Positions 59,613 through 64,000 of a DNA stretch of 64,000 bases are shown piece by piece. Where the stretch lies: positions 1,408,001 to 1,472,000 of the forward strand of contig OZ244960.1 in the NCBI GenBank assembly GCA_965222605.1. The letters run 5' to 3'. Under the pieces are notes generated by a model. It did not search any database. It worked only from the letters and a program-made list of their open reading frames with translations, and was not told the origin of the DNA. Made by a program: the position numbers and the translations under genes. The first letter of the stretch is position 1, and every line of letters starts with the position of its first letter. Source of the DNA: Candidatus Latescibacterota bacterium. GTDB lineage: Bacteria; Latescibacterota; UBA2968.

Positions 59613-59682
59613 CTGCGTTCATCTGCGCCATCTGCGGATTATTTAGCCTTTCATCTGCGTTCATCTGTGTTCATCTGTGGTT
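59613..59682. repeat. short TCATCTG(C/T)G tandem repeats
   Basis: TTCATCTGCGCCATCTGCGG and TTCATCTGCGTTCATCTGTGTTCATCTGTGG; overlaps the end of the permease gene. Confidence 0.6.
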
Positions 59683-61445
59683 GCTTTTGACCTTCTATCT
59701 CCCACTGGAGCCTCAACGCGAATCGTTACAATATCCGTATCGTGATACTGCTGGTGGCGCACAGACGACGTGAAATGCTGAAGCAGTCGCAGCGAGATTT
59801 CATGCTCTACCGGCATCTCGTCTGTATGTTCTCTAAGATAGGCCATGCGATCCTCAATATTTCCCTCACCAGTCGAAGCGATAAACTCGAGTTCTGCGCC
59901 ATGACTTCCATCGCTGCACACAATGAGAAGCAGGCGTTTCTCCGCTTGTTCGCCCTCCCCCTGTTGAATGAGAATCAGGAGGGTTTCTTCCGCAGATAGA
60001 CAGAGACGATTTGTCATCCCGGCATCCCAGCCCCTGCGCGAGGCGAATTTTTCAAGGAAAGTCATGATCTCTGGCAAAGCCTCGACAGTGAGCACTGTCT
60101 CAATGCGCTGGCGGCGCGGTGCTGTCAACTCCATAAACAGTGTCAGGAGAATCGCCGTGAGGCCGCCGGCCGTCATCCCATTGCCGAGCAGCGCCCCCCA
60201 CCACTCGCCGAGATATTCCGCGAAGATGGCTTGATCCTGGAAACCCACCCCAATCCAGAACGCGACCCCTGCGATCATCCCCTTGCGATAATCTACCCCA
60301 TCCTGGACGACGATCCGCATACCCACGACAAAGAGAAGTGCCAGCAGCACCGTCACATAGGCTCCGACCACGGGATTGGGAATTGCCAGAAGGAGTGCCG
60401 ACACCTTGGGAAGAAAGGACGCCGCCACAAATACGATGCCAATACACACGCCGACGCCGCGTGCGGCAACGCCGGTGAGATCCGTGATTGAAACACTTGA
60501 CGAGTAGGTCGTATTTGGAACTGTCCCCGCAATACCAGAAAGCAAATTGCCCACACCGTCTGCGGTAACTGCGCCTTGTACCGCGCGAAAATCGGGCGCG
60601 TGGGACGTGCGCCACGAAACCTTCTGGATAGCGATAGCATCGCCTATTGTTTCGATAGCACCGACCATGGTCACAAATATGAAGGCGGGAAGAAGCGACC
60701 AGAAAACAGGACCAAAGCCGAGGTCAAAACCCGGCCAGCCGCCTGAGGGAACGCCAACCCAGGGAGCTTCGATAACGCGCTGGATGTCGTACAGCCCAAA
60801 AAGCGAAGCGACAATACACCCCACAATAATCCCGATGATCGGCACCCAGAGACGCCACATACCCGAAACCCGCAGCGCGAGCACTACGATGACGAACAAG
60901 GTTGCGATGGCACTGGCTGGCGCGGCGGGCGGCGGCGTTCCCTCGGGCACATCTGTCAACATATTAAAGACAATGGGCATAACGGTTACCGCGATCAACA
61001 TGATCACCGTTCCAGCCACGGTTGGCGTAATGATTCGCCGCAGCAGCGAGAGCCGAGTCGAGAGCGCGAATTGGAACAACGACGAGATAATGACCAGAGT
61101 TGCGAGCATCGCTGGCCCGCCCTCGACAAGCGCCGTCACGCAAACCGCGATAAAAGCGCCAGAAGTGCCCATAAGGAGAACGTAGCCAGCACCAATGCGT
61201 CCGACGCGCACAGCCTGCAACACCGTGGTCAACCCGCTAACTATAAGCGCGGCAAAGACCACCCACGATATATAAGGCTCGCCCCCGCCCGCGGCTCTCA
61301 CTACGATAACAGGCGTGATCGCAATGGGCGCAATACAAAGCATGGCAGCCTGAAATCCGAGTGCGAAAGTGATAGTGTTTGGAGGCCGCTCGTCGGGTTC
61401 GTAAAGCACATTTTGGTCGCGGCGGTCAGACTCAGATTGCATCAT
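59661..61445 (-). CDS. NCS2 (xanthine/uracil) permease with C-terminal degenerate HATPase-like domain
   Basis: YEPDERPP, GTSGAF, IETIGD, ADGVG, PNTTYS, IPNPV; roughly 140-aa soluble extension. Confidence 0.85.
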   Translation of the reverse strand: MMQSESDRRDQNVLYEPDERPPNTITFALGFQAAMLCIAPIAITPVIVVRAAGGGEPYISWVVFAALIVSGLTTVLQAVRVGRIGAGYVLLMGTSGAFIAVCVTALVEGGPAMLATLVIISSLFQFALSTRLSLLRRIITPTVAGTVIMLIAVTVMPIVFNMLTDVPEGTPPPAAPASAIATLFVIVVLALRVSGMWRLWVPIIGIIVGCIVASLFGLYDIQRVIEAPWVGVPSGGWPGFDLGFGPVFWSLLPAFIFVTMVGAIETIGDAIAIQKVSWRTSHAPDFRAVQGAVTADGVGNLLSGIAGTVPNTTYSSSVSITDLTGVAARGVGVCIGIVFVAASFLPKVSALLLAIPNPVVGAYVTVLLALLFVVGMRIVVQDGVDYRKGMIAGVAFWIGVGFQDQAIFAEYLGEWWGALLGNGMTAGGLTAILLTLFMELTAPRRQRIETVLTVEALPEIMTFLEKFASRRGWDAGMTNRLCLSAEETLLILIQQGEGEQAEKRLLLIVCSDGSHGAELEFIASTGEGNIEDRMAYLREHTDEMPVEHEISLRLLQHFTSSVRHQQYHDTDIVTIRVEAPVGDRRSKATTDEHR

Positions 61446-61464
61446 TCAAATCCTTTTATTAATG

Positions 61465-62463
61465 TTATGCCAGCAACTCATCCCCATAAGCAAATAGCGC
61501 AGGCGTTCCACCCGTATGCACAAACACAACCGTTTGATCCCTACCATACCACCCCGCGCGAATATGCTCAATCATTGCGCCATAAGTTTTGCCTGCATAA
61601 ACGGGATCGAGCAACAGCCCTTCGGTTTGCGCGACCAACAACACAGCATCTCGTGCCTCCGGCGTCAATACACCATAAGCCGATCCTGCGTATTTGCCAT
61701 AACTCTCAAAATCATCTGCCGTAAAATTCAGATCCAAATTCAGAATTTTGCACACCTCATTTGCCACCTCGGCGAGTTGCACATTCTTTTTTACATCGTC
61801 CTGTGGACTTGGACTTATGCCAATAATCCGCATATCAACACCCAATGCTCTTGCCCCAACGACAAGCCCGGTATGCGTATGCACGCCCGCACACACATAT
61901 ATTGCATCGGGGGTCACATCCATGGCCTGCACCTGCTCCCACAATTCCAAAAACCCATCCACATAAGACACGCTGCGATAATAATACCCATCCGAGCTCG
62001 TGTTATAGACCCTGTGTCCATCGGCCTTTAACTTTTCAATAACAGCTTTCTTCTCCTGCTCGCTCTCAATCAAATGCACCTCTGCGCCAAAAAGATGCGT
62101 GAGCAGCAAATTGCCATTCACGGGGTCTGCATGATCATCCTTGCGCCCCACCATCACCGCCTTCAGACCCAGCCTGGCCGCAACCGCCGCGGTCAACCGC
62201 GATTGATTCGACTGCGATGCCGCGCCGTGAAGCAACACATCATACCCTTCATCCACAGCGGGAGCTACGGAATATTCAAACTCGCGCACCTTATTCCCCC
62301 CAAACGCCAACCCCGTCTGATCCTCGCGCTTGACCAGAATGCGCGGCCCGCCCAACTTCTCTGCCAACCTCGGGCAATCCGTCAACGGCGTGGGCAAATC
62401 GGCAAGCGATAATCGGCTGCACGTTCCCAATGCCTCTCTAACCTCTCGAATTGAATAGCTCAA
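61465..62463 (-). CDS. D-cysteine desulfhydrase / ACC deaminase family PLP enzyme
   Basis: KREDQTGLAFGGNKVR, QSN, EGLLLDPVYAGK, HTGG. Confidence 0.9.
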   Translation of the reverse strand: MSYSIREVREALGTCSRLSLADLPTPLTDCPRLAEKLGGPRILVKREDQTGLAFGGNKVREFEYSVAPAVDEGYDVLLHGAASQSNQSRLTAAVAARLGLKAVMVGRKDDHADPVNGNLLLTHLFGAEVHLIESEQEKKAVIEKLKADGHRVYNTSSDGYYYRSVSYVDGFLELWEQVQAMDVTPDAIYVCAGVHTHTGLVVGARALGVDMRIIGISPSPQDDVKKNVQLAEVANEVCKILNLDLNFTADDFESYGKYAGSAYGVLTPEARDAVLLVAQTEGLLLDPVYAGKTYGAMIEHIRAGWYGRDQTVVFVHTGGTPALFAYGDELLA

Positions 62464-62479
62464 GGATATCGCTCCTCTT

Positions 62480-63526
62480 CTAATGTTCTATCTCCACTGC
62501 CTGAAGCAGGGCTTTGATGAAGCCAAATTGGAAGGCAAATGCCTGTTCGAAATGCCCTTGCGCCTCGTGGCCGGGCGCGTGATCGGGAACGATCATGTGT
62601 GGATAGCCAACTTCTTTGAGCGCTTTCACCAGGACAAACATATTCATATCGCCTTCATCGGGATAAACTTCCTGAAACTTGTTGCGCCCACCCGTAATAT
62701 TGCGAAAGTGGATGAGGTGAATTTTTTTTCGCTTGCCAAAATAGCGAATAATATCCGCGACCTCATTGCGCGGATCCACAACGCTCTCGGCCATGCAACC
62801 CAAGCAAAGATTGAGGCCGTGATAAGGACTTGGACAAATATCGATAAAACTCTTGAACCCATCGTACCCACCCAGCACGCGATCAACACTCTTATACCCC
62901 GGCGGCAACCAGGGATCGCACGGGTGACAGGCCATACGCACCTTGCATTCGGTGGCAACGGGAATGACGCGCTCTAAAAAGAAAGTGACATATTCCCAAT
63001 TTTGTTCCGCTGTAACGGGTTCATCATACCGCGGGATATCCGCATCGGCTTTGGACAAATCCCATGTGGAATAGCGTATGCCCCCCCGCCCGAACGGAAC
63101 GCTTTCCGTGCGCTGATTTTCCATTTCGCACAGAAAATACTTCAGCGCGGGAATACCCGCATCTGCGGTAGCGCGAACCATATCGCAGGCGATCTCGATT
63201 TCTTTTTCGCCGTCTTTCATATTGCCGCGCATAAACTCGGGCACAAAACTGCCATTGACATTGAGGTGTTGCACAGGCAATGCCACCATTTCCACGGTGA
63301 TGCCGTGTTTTGCAGCTTTTTCTTTTTTCTCAACGAGTTCTTCAACCGTCCAGCCGCTACTTGGATCTGGCGTAATTTCCCTGGCATCGTTGATCGCCAT
63401 ATTTGTGACACCACATCGCGCGAGAAATTCGAGATGTTCATCCGACGTGGAAAAACGCTGTGTGCCAATGTGCATACGCGGGTTTTCCGGATCCCATTCT
63501 GCACCTGCATACATTTCGGCAGCCAT
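62480..63526 (-). CDS. uxuA: mannonate dehydratase family protein
   Basis: FLERVIPVA, HPCDP, NLCLG, IHFRN, PDEGDMNM, PDH. Confidence 0.8.
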   Translation of the reverse strand: MAAEMYAGAEWDPENPRMHIGTQRFSTSDEHLEFLARCGVTNMAINDAREITPDPSSGWTVEELVEKKEKAAKHGITVEMVALPVQHLNVNGSFVPEFMRGNMKDGEKEIEIACDMVRATADAGIPALKYFLCEMENQRTESVPFGRGGIRYSTWDLSKADADIPRYDEPVTAEQNWEYVTFFLERVIPVATECKVRMACHPCDPWLPPGYKSVDRVLGGYDGFKSFIDICPSPYHGLNLCLGCMAESVVDPRNEVADIIRYFGKRKKIHLIHFRNITGGRNKFQEVYPDEGDMNMFVLVKALKEVGYPHMIVPDHAPGHEAQGHFEQAFAFQFGFIKALLQAVEIEH

Positions 63527-63715
63527 GGTCAAATCTCCTCACTCTTCACACTTCTTGTGTCTTTGTGTCTTTGTGTGAGGCCCTCTCACGCCTTATGATA
63601 ATGCAAGAATTTCTGCATAGCAACATGATTGGGGATTGTGAGAGGTGTAAAATTGTGGTATCTTCTCACTCTTCAAACCCACCCTTAGAAGCTGTCTTAA
63701 AAACTGGAGCTTTTT

Positions 63716-64000
63716 ATGCGAGTCGAAATCAACAAACATGCCCTGGATCGCGTGCCACTATCGATAATTTTTGATGACTCGACCGTGCTGGTAAATCTGA
63801 ATTATTTTTTTATGCGAGATCGCCAGGCTGTAGATGGAACGGATTATCGCTGGGAAGATGTGCCCGTAGTACATCCCGAATCGTTCACGCGCGAATTTGC
63901 CGAGTTCTGTCTGGAACACGATGTAAAGGGCAAATTCAGCGTGGTACCTTGCCCCGCCGCACTTGGGAGAATAGATCACGGACTGTCCCTATTCTCTAAA
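63716..64000 (+). CDS. hypothetical protein (3'-truncated by window edge; possibly polysaccharide deacetylase-like)
   Basis: GGAG RBS + ATG 63716, frame open to the end: MRVEINKHALDRVPLSIIFDDST...KGKFSVVP. Confidence 0.7.
   Translation, partial: MRVEINKHALDRVPLSIIFDDSTVLVNLNYFFMRDRQAVDGTDYRWEDVPVVHPESFTREFAEFCLEHDVKGKFSVVPCPAALGRIDHGLSLFSK

Noticed and set aside
63685-63703. TAGAAGCTGTCTTAAAA resembling an IS terminal repeat
   Set aside because: No partner repeat or transposase nearby

Overview
Bacterial chromosomal segment of about 50% GC. The gene content (PhyH dioxygenases, sulfatase, DegT aminotransferase, FGE-sulfatase-domain and beta-propeller repeat proteins, several PIN toxin-antitoxin pairs) resembles uncultured marine or sponge-associated lineages such as Latescibacterota or Poribacteria; this is inference only. 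The backbone is metabolic: oadGBA, birA, yejABEF, glnE-glnB, glgB and sugar or amino-acid catabolism. Accessory DNA falls in three places. (1) An intact TnpB-only IS200/IS605 element at 4944-6347 sits exactly at a host stop codon and leaves the host protein unchanged; an orphan copy of its left end lies at 40881-41078. (2) A roughly 15 kb variable region follows glgB, and its first 11.7 kb lie between two diverged copies of the glgB 3' end. It holds a cytoplasmic propeller/Y_Y_Y-sigma54 activator carrying a nonsense codon, a consensus -24/-12 promoter with three palindromic upstream sites, and an operon of secreted modular proteins, two of which have DGR-type variable C-termini. TA cassettes separated by repeated Rpn-like C-terminal tails come next, then a type II R-M pair whose nuclease is split by a decayed IS256. 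(3) An ABC-ATPase + TOPRIM (DUF3226-like) defence-type pair. No rRNA, tRNA, CRISPR array, integrase or reverse transcriptase was seen.
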